Below, one piece after another: positions 29,407 to 38,432 of a stretch of DNA of 64,000 nucleotides. The position numbers and the translations under genes are program-made. The notes below the pieces were generated by a model. That model worked only from the letters and a program-made list of their open reading frames with translations. It made no database searches and had not been told where the DNA came from. Source of the DNA: Pseudomonadota bacterium (GTDB taxonomy: Bacteria; Pseudomonadota; Alphaproteobacteria; Rhizobiales; Xanthobacteraceae); the NCBI GenBank assembly GCA_023386635.1, contig JAEWJH010000110.1, positions 20,044 to 84,043 on the forward strand. Direction: 5' to 3'. Positions within the stretch are counted from its first letter, which is position 1. Each line of letters opens with the position of its first letter.

Positions 29407-29898
29407 TCAGGCGATCGGCGTCCAGGTGCCGTCGCCATTGCGGCAGGCTGTGCCGCGGGAGGTCTCCGGGCGGCCGTCGATATAGATCGTGTGGGTGAAG
29501 GACCGGCAATTGCGGCCGGCGTTCTGGTAGGCCGGCCCCGGAACGATCGAGCCGTAACGGCCGGAATCCGGATTCTTCCACGCCACCGGCGCCCCGGACG
29601 GTCCCCGCTCGAGCGCGTCCATCTGCGCGGCATAAGCGCGCCGCTTGTCCTCGTCGTCGAGCGCCGCACCGATGCGGTTGCCAATCAGGCCGCCGAGGAG
29701 ACCACCGACCGCCGCGCCGGCAAGCGCGCTGCCGGTGCCACCGCCCGCGCCGATCGCTGCACCCGCGAGCGCGCCGGTCCCGGCGCCGAGCAGCGTGCCG
29801 GTGTTTTCCTTCGGTCCGGTGCTGCCGTCCGGGCTTCCGGCGCAGCCGGCCAGCGCCAGGCCGACCGCCGCAACGGCGGCAAATTTCATAACGGACAT
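29407..29898 (-). CDS. outer-membrane lipoprotein, 17-kDa surface antigen/glycine-zipper type
   Basis: Lipobox LALAGC and a glycine zipper (GAGTGALAGAAIGAGGGTGSALAGAAVGGLLGG). C-terminal Cys-containing surface-antigen-like domain. Confidence 0.75.
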   Translation of the reverse strand: MSVMKFAAVAAVGLALAGCAGSPDGSTGPKENTGTLLGAGTGALAGAAIGAGGGTGSALAGAAVGGLLGGLIGNRIGAALDDEDKRRAYAAQMDALERGPSGAPVAWKNPDSGRYGSIVPGPAYQNAGRNCRSFTHTIYIDGRPETSRGTACRNGDGTWTPIA

Positions 29899-29994
29899 GA
29901 ATCTCCCCCTCGTGAACAAGGCCGGCTCTGGAACCGGCCGACGAACCTTAGCCATCCCCAAGGAATGGGGCAAAACTCTGTCGGTTTTCTTACC

Positions 29995-31455
29995 TTACCC
30001 GGCGCTCGGCAGCGTCAGTTGCGCGCGCAAGCCGCCGATCGGCGCGGTGCCGAGCGTGAGCCCGCCGCCGTAAAGCGCCGCCAGTTCGACCACGATCGAC
30101 AGACCGAGGCCGGACCCCGGCTTGGTCTCGTCGAGGCGGCGGCCGCGCTGCGCCACCTGCTCGCGCTCCGACGGCGAGAGGCCCCGCCCGTCGTCATCGA
30201 CGACGATGCGCACGGTCTCGCGTCCCGACGCCTGATCGGGCCGCTCGACGCCGACCTCGATGGCGACGCGCGAGGTCGCCCATTTGCAGGCGTTGTCGAC
30301 GAGATTGCCGACCATCTCCTCGAGGTCGGGGCGCTCGCCGCGAAAACGCGCGTTGTCGTCCGCGTGCACATCGATGGCGATGCCGCGGTCGCGGTGGATC
30401 TTCTCCATGGTCCGCGCCAGCGCCACGATCACCGGCGTCACGTCCGTCACCGAGCCGACCATGGTCGCACGCGCGGCGATCCGCGCGCGTTCGAGATGAC
30501 GCGCGACCTGATCGCGCATGATGTCGGCCTGCTCCTTCACCTTGTCGGCGAGCGGATCGCCGGGACGCGCCTGCGCCTCGTTGACGATCACCGACAGCGG
30601 CGTCTTGAGCGCATGCGCGAGATTGCCGACATGGGTGCGCGCGCGCTCGACGATCTCCTTGTTGGCGTCGATCAGCGCGTTGGTCTCGCGCGCCAGCGGC
30701 GCGATCTCCACCGGGAAATCGCCTTCGAGCCGTTCCGCGGTGCCGGAGCGGATCGCCGCCAGTCCTGCGGAAATGCGCTTGAGCGGCGCGAGGCCGAACC
30801 GCACCTGAAACATGGTGGTGAGCAGCAGCACGGCGGCAAGAATGACGAAGGTCGCCGTCAGCGCGCGGTCGAACGCGCGCACCTCGTCGATGATCTCCGC
30901 CGCATCGCCGGCGACCGAAACGACATAATGCCCCTCTTCGCCGAGATCGACCGCGCGCTCGACCACGCGCAGGCGCTGGTCTTCCGGCCCCTGCACGTAG
31001 CCTTCGCGCGAGCCGGTGCTGCCCGGCTGCACGCCGGCATCCTGCAAGCCGGGCAAGCCGCCATCCCACAGCGAGCGCGAGGCGCGCGTCTCGGTCCTGC
31101 CCGGATCGACCCGCTTCACCTGCCAGTACCAGCCCGACAGCGGCAGATCGAACAGCGGCTCACCCAGCGTCTGCGACATCTTCTCGAAGCCGCCGCTCTC
31201 TTCCGGCGCGGCGACATCGGCCACCAGCGTGCGCAGATAAACGCCGAGCCGCCGGTCGAACGCGCGCTCCACGCCTTCGCGATAGAGCGACGACAGCACG
31301 ATGCCGGTGATGACGAGGATCACCACCGCCCACGCGGTGGCCGAAAGGAACAGACGCAGCGCCAGCGAATTGTTGCGCAGCGACCAGCGGCTGCCGCTGG
31401 CCGGCACAGTCGCGGTGACGGCGCGCGGGCGCTCCGCCTCAGGACTGGCGGGCAT
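29995..31455 (-). CDS. sensor histidine kinase (HAMP/HisKA/HATPase)
   Basis: Two TM segments, H-box VGNLAHALKTPLSVI, N-box LVDNACKW, G-box GSGLGLSIVVELA. Overlaps the upstream response regulator gene. Confidence 0.85.
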   Translation of the reverse strand: MPASPEAERPRAVTATVPASGSRWSLRNNSLALRLFLSATAWAVVILVITGIVLSSLYREGVERAFDRRLGVYLRTLVADVAAPEESGGFEKMSQTLGEPLFDLPLSGWYWQVKRVDPGRTETRASRSLWDGGLPGLQDAGVQPGSTGSREGYVQGPEDQRLRVVERAVDLGEEGHYVVSVAGDAAEIIDEVRAFDRALTATFVILAAVLLLTTMFQVRFGLAPLKRISAGLAAIRSGTAERLEGDFPVEIAPLARETNALIDANKEIVERARTHVGNLAHALKTPLSVIVNEAQARPGDPLADKVKEQADIMRDQVARHLERARIAARATMVGSVTDVTPVIVALARTMEKIHRDRGIAIDVHADDNARFRGERPDLEEMVGNLVDNACKWATSRVAIEVGVERPDQASGRETVRIVVDDDGRGLSPSEREQVAQRGRRLDETKPGSGLGLSIVVELAALYGGGLTLGTAPIGGLRAQLTLPSAG

Positions 31456-32113
31456 CGGGCGGCGTGAGCAGGTAGCCGAGACCGCGCACGGTCTGGATCA
31501 CATCGACGCCGAGTTTCTTGCGGATGCGGCCGACGAACACCTCGATAGTGTTGCTGTCGCGGTCGAAGTCCTGATCGTAGAGATGCTCGACCAGTTCTGT
31601 GCGCGACACCACGCGCCCGGTGTGATGCATCAGATAGGACAGGAGCCGGTATTCGTGCGACGTCAGCTTGACCGGATTACCGTCGACCGAGACGCGCCCC
31701 GTGCGCGTGTCGAGCCGCACCGGCCCGCAGTTGAATTCGCTCTTGGCATGGCCGGCCGAGCGGCGCAGCAGCGCGCGCACACGCGCCAGCACTTCCTCGA
31801 GATGAAACGGCTTGGCGACATAATCGTCGGCGCCGGCATCGAAGCCTTGCACCTTGTCGCTCCAGCGATCGCGCGCGGTGAGCATGAGCACAGGCATGGC
31901 GCGGCCGGCACGCCGCCACGCCTCCAGCACCGAGATGCCGTCCATCTTCGGCAAACCGATATCGAGGATCACCGCGTCGTAAGGCTCGCTCTCGCCGAGG
32001 TAATGCCCCTCCTCGCCGTCGAAGGCGCGGTCGACGACATAGCCGGCGTCGGTCAAGGCCGTCGCCAGTTGGCGGTTCAAATCCGGATCGTCCTCGATCA
32101 CGAGGAGACGCAT
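31439..32113 (-). CDS. OmpR/PhoB-family response regulator
   Basis: MRLLVIEDD receiver start, DAVILDIGLPKMDG phospho-acceptor region, and a winged helix (IQTVRGLGYLL). Confidence 0.9.
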   Translation of the reverse strand: MRLLVIEDDPDLNRQLATALTDAGYVVDRAFDGEEGHYLGESEPYDAVILDIGLPKMDGISVLEAWRRAGRAMPVLMLTARDRWSDKVQGFDAGADDYVAKPFHLEEVLARVRALLRRSAGHAKSEFNCGPVRLDTRTGRVSVDGNPVKLTSHEYRLLSYLMHHTGRVVSRTELVEHLYDQDFDRDSNTIEVFVGRIRKKLGVDVIQTVRGLGYLLTPPDARQS

Positions 32114-32283
32114 CGCAGTATGCTCCATGGCTCGCAACTCGACCGACCCCGTCGGCAGCGCGGGGCGCCAACCCCGACTCCACCGGCGCCACTGTGCCAG
32201 TATCCGGAGGTAAAGTCAGCCGGTTCAAGACGTTAGCGACAGCCCTGCCCATGGATGAGGACGAGGATTGCGGCGGGATTGGG

Positions 32284-32961
32284 TCAGCCGGCAAAACCAT
32301 CGAAAACCGCGAAGGATTCCAGCGGTTCGCGGGGCGCGCGCCAGCGGTTGATCGGCGCCTCCGGGTCTTCGTATCCAAGCGCCAGCCCGGAATAGACCAT
32401 CCAGCCGTCAGGCAGGCCAAGATGCGCGCGGACGGTCTTGTGAAACGCCACCCAGGCCTGCTGCGGGCAGGTGTGCAGCCCGTAATCGCGAGCGAGCAGC
32501 ATCACCGTCTGCAGATAGCCGCCGATGTCGGCCCATTGCGCGAGGCCGAACGACTTTTCCGTGCCGACGAAGAGCCCGACCGGCGCGCCGAAGAACTGAT
32601 AGTTGCGGGCATATTGCCGGTAGCGCCCCGGCTTGTCGGCGCGCGCGACGCCGATCGATTCGTACAGCATCTCGCCGACCTTGAACGAACGGCCGCGATA
32701 GGGCTCGACCATCGGATCGGGATAGATGCGATAGTCGCCGCCCTCGCCTTTCGGCAATTCGTTCGCACGCGCGGCGAGATTGGCGGTGAGCGCCGCGAGC
32801 TTTTCGCCGGCGAGCGCATAGACTCGCCATGGCTGGAGATTGCCGGCCGACGGCGCACGCGCCGCGCGCTCGACGATCTCGCGAACGATCTGTTCGGGAA
32901 CAGGTTTGGGAAGGAAGGACCGGCAGGAGTAGCGGGAGGCTACGGCGTCGCGCACGTCCAT
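32284..32961 (-). CDS. nitroreductase family protein
   Basis: RYSCRSFLPKPVP...APSAGNLQPW is the canonical nitroreductase N-terminal motif. Start at ATG 32961 (MDVRDAV). Confidence 0.85.
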   Translation of the reverse strand: MDVRDAVASRYSCRSFLPKPVPEQIVREIVERAARAPSAGNLQPWRVYALAGEKLAALTANLAARANELPKGEGGDYRIYPDPMVEPYRGRSFKVGEMLYESIGVARADKPGRYRQYARNYQFFGAPVGLFVGTEKSFGLAQWADIGGYLQTVMLLARDYGLHTCPQQAWVAFHKTVRAHLGLPDGWMVYSGLALGYEDPEAPINRWRAPREPLESFAVFDGFAG

Positions 32962-33038
32962 CTGAACATCACTCTCCGTGGAATCCGCGCCATCATGCGC
33001 GGTGGAGAGCGGTATGCAAGCGCCTGCTGAGGCAGTCG

Positions 33039-33635
33039 CTATTTCTTCTTCGTCACCGCCTTGACGATGTCGCCGATGACGCCGCCGGGCGATTGCCCCT
33101 TTGCCGCGCATTTCTCGCGCGAGCGGCCGGTGACATAAACGCCGAGGACGCCGAAGCGCGCGGCCATATAGGTCATCAGCAAGCCGGACAGCGTGGCGAA
33201 GCCGTTGATGCGGTCGGCCGTGCCGTCCCACAGTGCATGGCCGAGCGCGAGCGCGAAGGCCGGACATTCAAACAGCGTGAGTTCGAGCGCGTAGAGCGGC
33301 CGCCACCAGCGCTGCAACGGATCGCCGCTCGCGGCTTCCGCACGCATGGTCTCGCCGACGGCATTGACCTGCGCCGCGCCGATCTGCGCCAACGCCTTCG
33401 CCCATTCCGCTTCCGCGACCTGCACCGCGGCACGCGCTGCTGCTTCATCCGATGCCGCCGTTTCAGAGAGCGATGCGCCGACCACCGCCGGTGCGGGCGC
33501 AACACCGAGCGCGCTGGCGAGCACAGCACCTGCCGCACCGCCGAGCGGGCCGCCCAGCGCCGTGCCGAGCACCGGCGCGCCTAGCGCGATGACCTTTGCC
33601 GCAACCGCTGCCCAGTCCATGGCTTCACTCGTCAT
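33039..33635 (-). CDS. 3TM-type holin (phage/GTA-release holin family)
   Basis: N-terminal Gly/Ala-rich TM region, an RWWRP motif and C-terminal TM segments resemble the 'holin of 3TMs for gene-transfer release' family. It starts 1 nt after the endolysin stop. Confidence 0.65.
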   Translation of the reverse strand: MTSEAMDWAAVAAKVIALGAPVLGTALGGPLGGAAGAVLASALGVAPAPAVVGASLSETAASDEAAARAAVQVAEAEWAKALAQIGAAQVNAVGETMRAEAASGDPLQRWWRPLYALELTLFECPAFALALGHALWDGTADRINGFATLSGLLMTYMAARFGVLGVYVTGRSREKCAAKGQSPGGVIGDIVKAVTKKK

Positions 33636-33636
33636 A

Positions 33637-34365
33637 TTAAACCTCCCGCGCGGCACGCCAGCGCCGCCATGCCAGCCAGCCGGCAAGACCGATCACGGCA
33701 GCCGCGATGATGATGACAACGATGCGGCCATCCGGCGCCTCCGGCCCTGCCTGATGCGCGACGACGACGGCCGTGCCGGCCCCCGCCAACACGGCGCCCG
33801 CTGCCGCACGAGCCGCGTTAGGCGCCGCCGCCTCGCGCGACTGTTGCACAGCCATTGCCAGCGCGTCGGCACGCACCTCGGTCACGCGGCGCGACCATCC
33901 CGCGCCGAACACCGGCCAGGTTTTGAGCGATGTGAGAAACGCCAGCCGCTCGTCGCAGATTGACGCGATCAGCCTGGGCGCATCGGCCTGACGCGCCGCG
34001 CGCGCCACATCCGTATCGGTTGCGCTGTCGGGCAACATCAGCTTGCGCCGCAGCACCTTCGCCGCGCGGCCGACGCCGGAATTCACGCCGTAGTCGAACA
34101 CGGCGTAATCGACACCCGCCGGCAGGCCGTCGCACGCAAGCGCATCCCAGTAGCGGGCGCGATAGATCGCCTTGGCGTCATCGAGCGGCATCGCCCTGAC
34201 GTCGGCCGCCGTCGCGCCCGGCTTCACGTATCTGCGGTAATCCGCTATCGTGATCCCATATTTGGTCGGGCCGCCCGGATCGGCCGGATGATTGCCGTAG
34301 CCGCCTTCATGCGCGAGAACGCACGCGAGCGCGGCATCGAAAGATGATGCGGACATTTGTAACAC
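33637..34365 (-). CDS. GH108-type endolysin with PG-binding domain and C-terminal TM segments
   Basis: VLAHEGGYGNHPADPGGPTKYGIT is the GH108 catalytic start. A PG_binding_3-like region follows (DYAVFDYGVNSG), then the hydrophobic tail VVIIIAAAVIGLAGWLAW. Confidence 0.8.
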   Translation of the reverse strand: MLQMSASSFDAALACVLAHEGGYGNHPADPGGPTKYGITIADYRRYVKPGATAADVRAMPLDDAKAIYRARYWDALACDGLPAGVDYAVFDYGVNSGVGRAAKVLRRKLMLPDSATDTDVARAARQADAPRLIASICDERLAFLTSLKTWPVFGAGWSRRVTEVRADALAMAVQQSREAAAPNAARAAAGAVLAGAGTAVVVAHQAGPEAPDGRIVVIIIAAAVIGLAGWLAWRRWRAAREV

Positions 34366-34381
34366 TTTCGACTGGGTCGTA

Positions 34382-35134
34382 ATGAAAAATCATGAGAGCA
34401 AGCTCACAGCGCACCAACCCTTGCCGGATCGGGCTGCTGCCGTTGCTCTGGGCTTAGAGAATTATCGCGCTTTCGTCGGGCCCGAGCATCAATATGACTT
34501 CATGGGCGCAACGCAATTCCGCCTTCTGACAACTCTTGGCTTGCGTGAAAACCACTATCTGCTCGACTTTGGTTGCGGCTCCCTTCGCGCCGGCCGCCTA
34601 TTTATTCCTTATCTACAGCCCGGGCACTATTTTGGACTCGATCCCAACAAATGGGCGATTGAAGACGGCATCGAAAATGAGATTGGCCGCGACATTATCA
34701 AAATTAAAAAACCCAGCTTCCGCTACGATACGGATTTCAGAGCAAGCCATTTCGGCACAACATTCGACTTCATTGTAGCCCAATCTATCTTTTCGCACGC
34801 CGGGAGCGATATTATTAAAACGGCACTATCAGATTTTCGACATTGCCTAAAAGCTGACGGGATAATTCTAGCGACCTTTATTTATTCCGACCCACTCGGC
34901 ACAATCGCCGAATTCGAGGGCTCCGGATGGATATATCCCGGGTGCGTCGCTTATAAAAACACTACCATCATGAATTTTGTCGCTCAGTGCGGGTTAATTG
35001 GCCGCGCGATCCCTTGGTTTCATCCACGACAGACCTGGTTTGCGATCGCGCATTCGTCGAAGTATCTGCCGTCTCCAGATGACGATACCATGTTGCAGGG
35101 GCGCATCCTCCGGACGCCACCAATTACCGCGTGA
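34382..35134 (+). CDS. class I SAM-dependent methyltransferase (orphan)
   Basis: Motif I LLDFGCGSLRAG, post-I YFGLDPN, and the later motifs IVAQSIFSH and LKADGIILATF. Lies in the visibly lower-GC segment. Confidence 0.7.
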   Translation: MKNHESKLTAHQPLPDRAAAVALGLENYRAFVGPEHQYDFMGATQFRLLTTLGLRENHYLLDFGCGSLRAGRLFIPYLQPGHYFGLDPNKWAIEDGIENEIGRDIIKIKKPSFRYDTDFRASHFGTTFDFIVAQSIFSHAGSDIIKTALSDFRHCLKADGIILATFIYSDPLGTIAEFEGSGWIYPGCVAYKNTTIMNFVAQCGLIGRAIPWFHPRQTWFAIAHSSKYLPSPDDDTMLQGRILRTPPITA

Positions 35135-35146
35135 CGGAATTTAGCC

Positions 35147-36007
35147 TCACAGACGCCAGCGCAAATCGGCTAAGACTGCATGCTGCTGCATCGTCGCCGG
35201 CACTTTGCGCTTTTCATAATTGCGTAGCGGATGATCAAGAACGTGAACGCCATAAACCTGGTCGAGCCACTGTTCTTGAGACAACGGTCTCCGATAACGT
35301 AGCGTTCGGATACTGTCGATGACACGGTCATTCGTCGCAGCGTTGAATTCTTCAATCGCCAATAATTGACCAGAACGAATATTTCGACACAGGCTGCCGA
35401 TCCCGCCCGCGCCACCGATGGTATCATCGAAATAGGCCACACCAACAGGAAGATAAAACTCCGCCGACGCACCGTAAATCTTCAACGCGGACATCGTTGA
35501 CGAATAAAGGTCAACATCGAACGAACAGAACCCAATTGGGGCATCACGCGAAAGCGTAACCAAAAAACTTCTAACCGTATCTTTCACGTCTCCGAGTATC
35601 AGCCGAGAACCAGAGGGCAACTGGGCATATAAACTCTCCCTATTTGCCATCGCAAAATCGCCAGACGACCAAATTTCCGGATGATCCCGATAGTCAAGCG
35701 GCGCAGGAAGACCGCTACCATTATCAAAGCCCACGACATCGATCGCGACCTGCACCTCTTGACTGACAACTTCAGCCAATCTCGATAACTCGAGAAGGCC
35801 ACCGCCATCGGCCACGCCAAATTCGATTGCTGTAAATCTCTTGATCCCAAAAAATTTCGCCGCCTCCGCTGCAGTCAGAAGACCCCACGCATAAGGTGGA
35901 CGACCAGCAAGATCGAAAAGAATTTTTCCGCGCATATCGCTTTGGGCTGCGACACGCTGGCGTTCAGCCAAAACAGCTTGCGGATACTTCCATTCTAGAG
36001 GCAACAT
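35147..36007 (-). CDS. TylF/macrocin-O-methyltransferase-like SAM-dependent methyltransferase (orphan)
   Basis: AIEFGVADGGGLLEL (motif I), LILGDVKDTV and FDVDLYSST resemble the TylF family. Lower GC; convergent with the previous gene. Confidence 0.6.
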   Translation of the reverse strand: MLPLEWKYPQAVLAERQRVAAQSDMRGKILFDLAGRPPYAWGLLTAAEAAKFFGIKRFTAIEFGVADGGGLLELSRLAEVVSQEVQVAIDVVGFDNGSGLPAPLDYRDHPEIWSSGDFAMANRESLYAQLPSGSRLILGDVKDTVRSFLVTLSRDAPIGFCSFDVDLYSSTMSALKIYGASAEFYLPVGVAYFDDTIGGAGGIGSLCRNIRSGQLLAIEEFNAATNDRVIDSIRTLRYRRPLSQEQWLDQVYGVHVLDHPLRNYEKRKVPATMQQHAVLADLRWRL

Positions 36008-36092
36008 TTCGACCTCGATACCGTCAAGATCGCCTATTTTAGCATAAGAAAATTAAATACCGTAATATCTTATACAAACACCGCCAATGCGC

Positions 36093-36335
36093 TCACAATT
36101 CTATTCGTCGCCGTTGCGGCAATGGTTTCGCGCACAAAGAGGCGCGCATCACGATCCGGTAAACCAGAGCAGCCCCTGCGGCATCGGCCTCCGCCACGGC
36201 ACGCATGGTTTCCGGCTGCACCGAGGCCCACACCGTCGCCGCATCGGCATAAGTGCGCACCACGCCGCCGGCATCGTCCGCGGTCTCCACCGGCGCTTCG
36301 ATCACGAGCCGGCGGTCGAGCGCTCCCGGATTCAT
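36093..36335 (-). pseudogene. phage/GTA head-tail adaptor (g7-like), probably 3'-truncated
   Basis: MNPGALDRRLVIEAPVETADDAGGVVRTYADAATVWASVQP matches the head-tail adaptor family start. Only 80 aa remain; the last about 14 aa run into the low-GC junction. ATGA overlap with the connector gene. Confidence 0.5.
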
Positions 36336-36898
36336 CACAGCGACACCCGGCGGAACGGCGCGAGCAACGCCGCCACGCCCTGCGGGATTTCCTGCGCCGC
36401 CGGCGCCATGACGCCGCGCTGTTCGTACCAGTGCGCGACCAGCATCAGCATGGCCTGCCGCAGCGGTGACGGCACGGCATCCGCCGTATCGCCCTCGCCG
36501 ACACGCACCTCGATGACGATGCCGCCGACGGCAATGCCGGGCCGCATCGGCGTCCATGGTGCGAACGCGATCCGCGAGCCGACGCTGTCGACCACGAAAT
36601 TCTGCGGGTCGAGCGCGTGCATCGTCCCTGCCTCGTCGGCGACCTCGACGCCGATCAGCGTCTGCAATGGCGCCGGCAAAACATGAATCACGCCGCCCGG
36701 TGGCCAGGCATCGCGCGTGAGCCGCCAGTCCTGCGTGATCAGCGCGCGGCGCGTCGCCATCTCCACATGCTGGCGCGCGGCGGCGATGAGCGCGGCGATC
36801 GCCGTGTCCTCGTCGTCGTGCTCGATGCGCAGGAACAGCTTGGCTTCGGCGAGCGTGATCGGCTCGATCGCCGGCGCGGCGATCAGGTGTGACGGCAT
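36335..36898 (-). CDS. phage gp6-like head-tail connector protein
   Basis: ITLAEAKLFLRIEHDDEDTAIAALIAAARQHVE and LLVAHWYEQR are typical of the gp6/DNA-packaging connector family (RcGTA g6 position). Confidence 0.75.
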   Translation of the reverse strand: MPSHLIAAPAIEPITLAEAKLFLRIEHDDEDTAIAALIAAARQHVEMATRRALITQDWRLTRDAWPPGGVIHVLPAPLQTLIGVEVADEAGTMHALDPQNFVVDSVGSRIAFAPWTPMRPGIAVGGIVIEVRVGEGDTADAVPSPLRQAMLMLVAHWYEQRGVMAPAAQEIPQGVAALLAPFRRVSL

Positions 36899-36949
36899 GA
36901 TGTCCTCAACACGATTGACTTTCCTGCGGGCGCAAGGCTGATCGGCGCG

Positions 36950-37702
36950 ATGACACGCCTCCGCCTGCTCCGCGCTCTTCTCTCGATGGTTCTGTTGCTG
37001 CCGACGGCGCCCGCCGGCGCGATGACCGGCGGCGCGCCGGACGCCACCGGCATTCCCGGCCGCGCCATCGTCATGATCACCGGAAGCGGGTCGAGCCTGT
37101 GCACCGGCACCGCGATCGCCAGCGATCTCATTCTCACCGCCGCGCATTGCGTGCAGCGGAACAACGTCGTGCGATTCTCGCGCACGCAGGCGCCGCTCGC
37201 GATCCGCGCGGCCGCCGTCCACCCGCGCTTCAGCACGCAGGCCTATGCGACGCATCGCGCGACCGCCGATGTCGCCTTGATCAAGCTCGCCGCGCCGCTG
37301 CCGCCCGACATCACGCCGGCCGCGCTCGCGTCCGCCGGACTGGCCGTCGCGCCGGGTCACCGGATGACGGTCGCCGGCTTCGGCGTCACCGTGGACGGCA
37401 CCGCCGCCGGCCTCGGCCATGCGCGCGCGGCCTCGCTGGTCGTCACCGGCCAGCCGGGATCGCTGCAGATTCGGCTTTACGATCCCGCCACGCGCAACGA
37501 ACGCGCCGGCCTCGGCGCCTGTACCGGCGACAGCGGCGGCCCCGCTTTCGCCGGCGACCGCGTCGTCGGCGTGGTGAGCTGGACCACCGGGCCGGGCAAT
37601 TCCGCCGGCTGCGGGGGCCTCACCGGGCTGACGCCGCTGTCATCGTATCGGTCGTGGATCGTCGATCAGGCGGCGCGCATGGGAAGTCCCCTCGCGCCCT
37701 AG
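36950..37702 (+). CDS. secreted S1 (trypsin-like) serine peptidase
   Basis: Signal peptide plus the catalytic motifs TAAHC, a DVALIKL Asp region, and GDSGGP. Confidence 0.85.
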   Translation: MTRLRLLRALLSMVLLLPTAPAGAMTGGAPDATGIPGRAIVMITGSGSSLCTGTAIASDLILTAAHCVQRNNVVRFSRTQAPLAIRAAAVHPRFSTQAYATHRATADVALIKLAAPLPPDITPAALASAGLAVAPGHRMTVAGFGVTVDGTAAGLGHARAASLVVTGQPGSLQIRLYDPATRNERAGLGACTGDSGGPAFAGDRVVGVVSWTTGPGNSAGCGGLTGLTPLSSYRSWIVDQAARMGSPLAP

Positions 37703-37825
37703 CTCGCCTCATAATCCTGTTGCGGCGCAATAGCGCACAGCTTCCGGCGCTGATCGCCCTTGGAGTGTGGCCCCGGCTCTCCTATCATCGGCGTATTGTC
37801 ACGCTCATCTGGAAGCCCAACCGTC

Positions 37826-37957
37826 ATGGCGCACCACGTCGATCCCGCCCACCCGCATCTTGAAAATGTCTGCCTGCGCCTGAGCTATGTCGTCGGCGCG
37901 TTCATCGCCGGCCTGGCGCTTTCCGCGCTCGCGCTCTGGCACGGGATCATGCAGTAG
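37826..37957 (+). CDS. small (43 aa) putative membrane protein
   Basis: An ATG within ORF 37760..37957, high GC3, and a single hydrophobic helix VVGAFIAGLALSALALW. Confidence 0.35.
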   Translation: MAHHVDPAHPHLENVCLRLSYVVGAFIAGLALSALALWHGIMQ

Positions 37958-37971
37958 CGGCGTCCGCGCCG

Positions 37972-38178
37972 TTACACATCCAGCTTTTGATGGATCGTGA
38001 CGTCGAGGCCGACTTTCGGGCTCGACAGGGTGATGGACGCCGACAGGGTCTCGCCCGGCTTCAGCGTGCCGTTGGCGAGCGCCGCGCGCACCACCTTCTC
38101 GATCTCGCGCTGGGCGGTGAAGCTCACATTGCGGAGAAAGCGGTCGATCGACGCTTTCAGATCCTGTTCGCTGGTCAT
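37972..38178 (-). CDS. small conserved hypothetical protein (68 aa)
   Basis: ATG 38178 (MTSEQDLKASIDRF...) with high GC3. The upstream in-frame extension to 38304 has low GC3 and consists of the 15-bp repeats. Confidence 0.55.
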   Translation of the reverse strand: MTSEQDLKASIDRFLRNVSFTAQREIEKVVRAALANGTLKPGETLSASITLSSPKVGLDVTIHQKLDV

Positions 38179-38199
38179 GTTTGTGTCACCGCGTTCTCT

Positions 38200-38259
38200 A
38201 TCGCCAGGCTCTCGGTCGCCAGGTTCTGTGTCGCCAAGTTCTGTGTCGCCAAGTCTGTC
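38200..38259. repeat. 15-bp imperfect tandem repeat x4
   Basis: ATCGCCAGGCTCTCG / GTCGCCAGGTTCTGT / GTCGCCAAGTTCTGT / GTCGCCAAGTCTGTC, read directly from the sequence. Confidence 0.9.
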
Positions 38260-38432
38260 GCGATGGGAGGGTTCGGTTAAACCGTCTGCCGATGCTTCGG
38301 GCAAGCCGCCGCGCCGCGCCGCTTCGCATTTTAGTTAATTCTGGCGCGCGTTATTGGTAAATCCGCATAATGCTGGCGGCCGTTTTTCCGCGCGCTAGTG
38401 TCCCTGTGACCCCGAGCACAGGAGACGACCCC

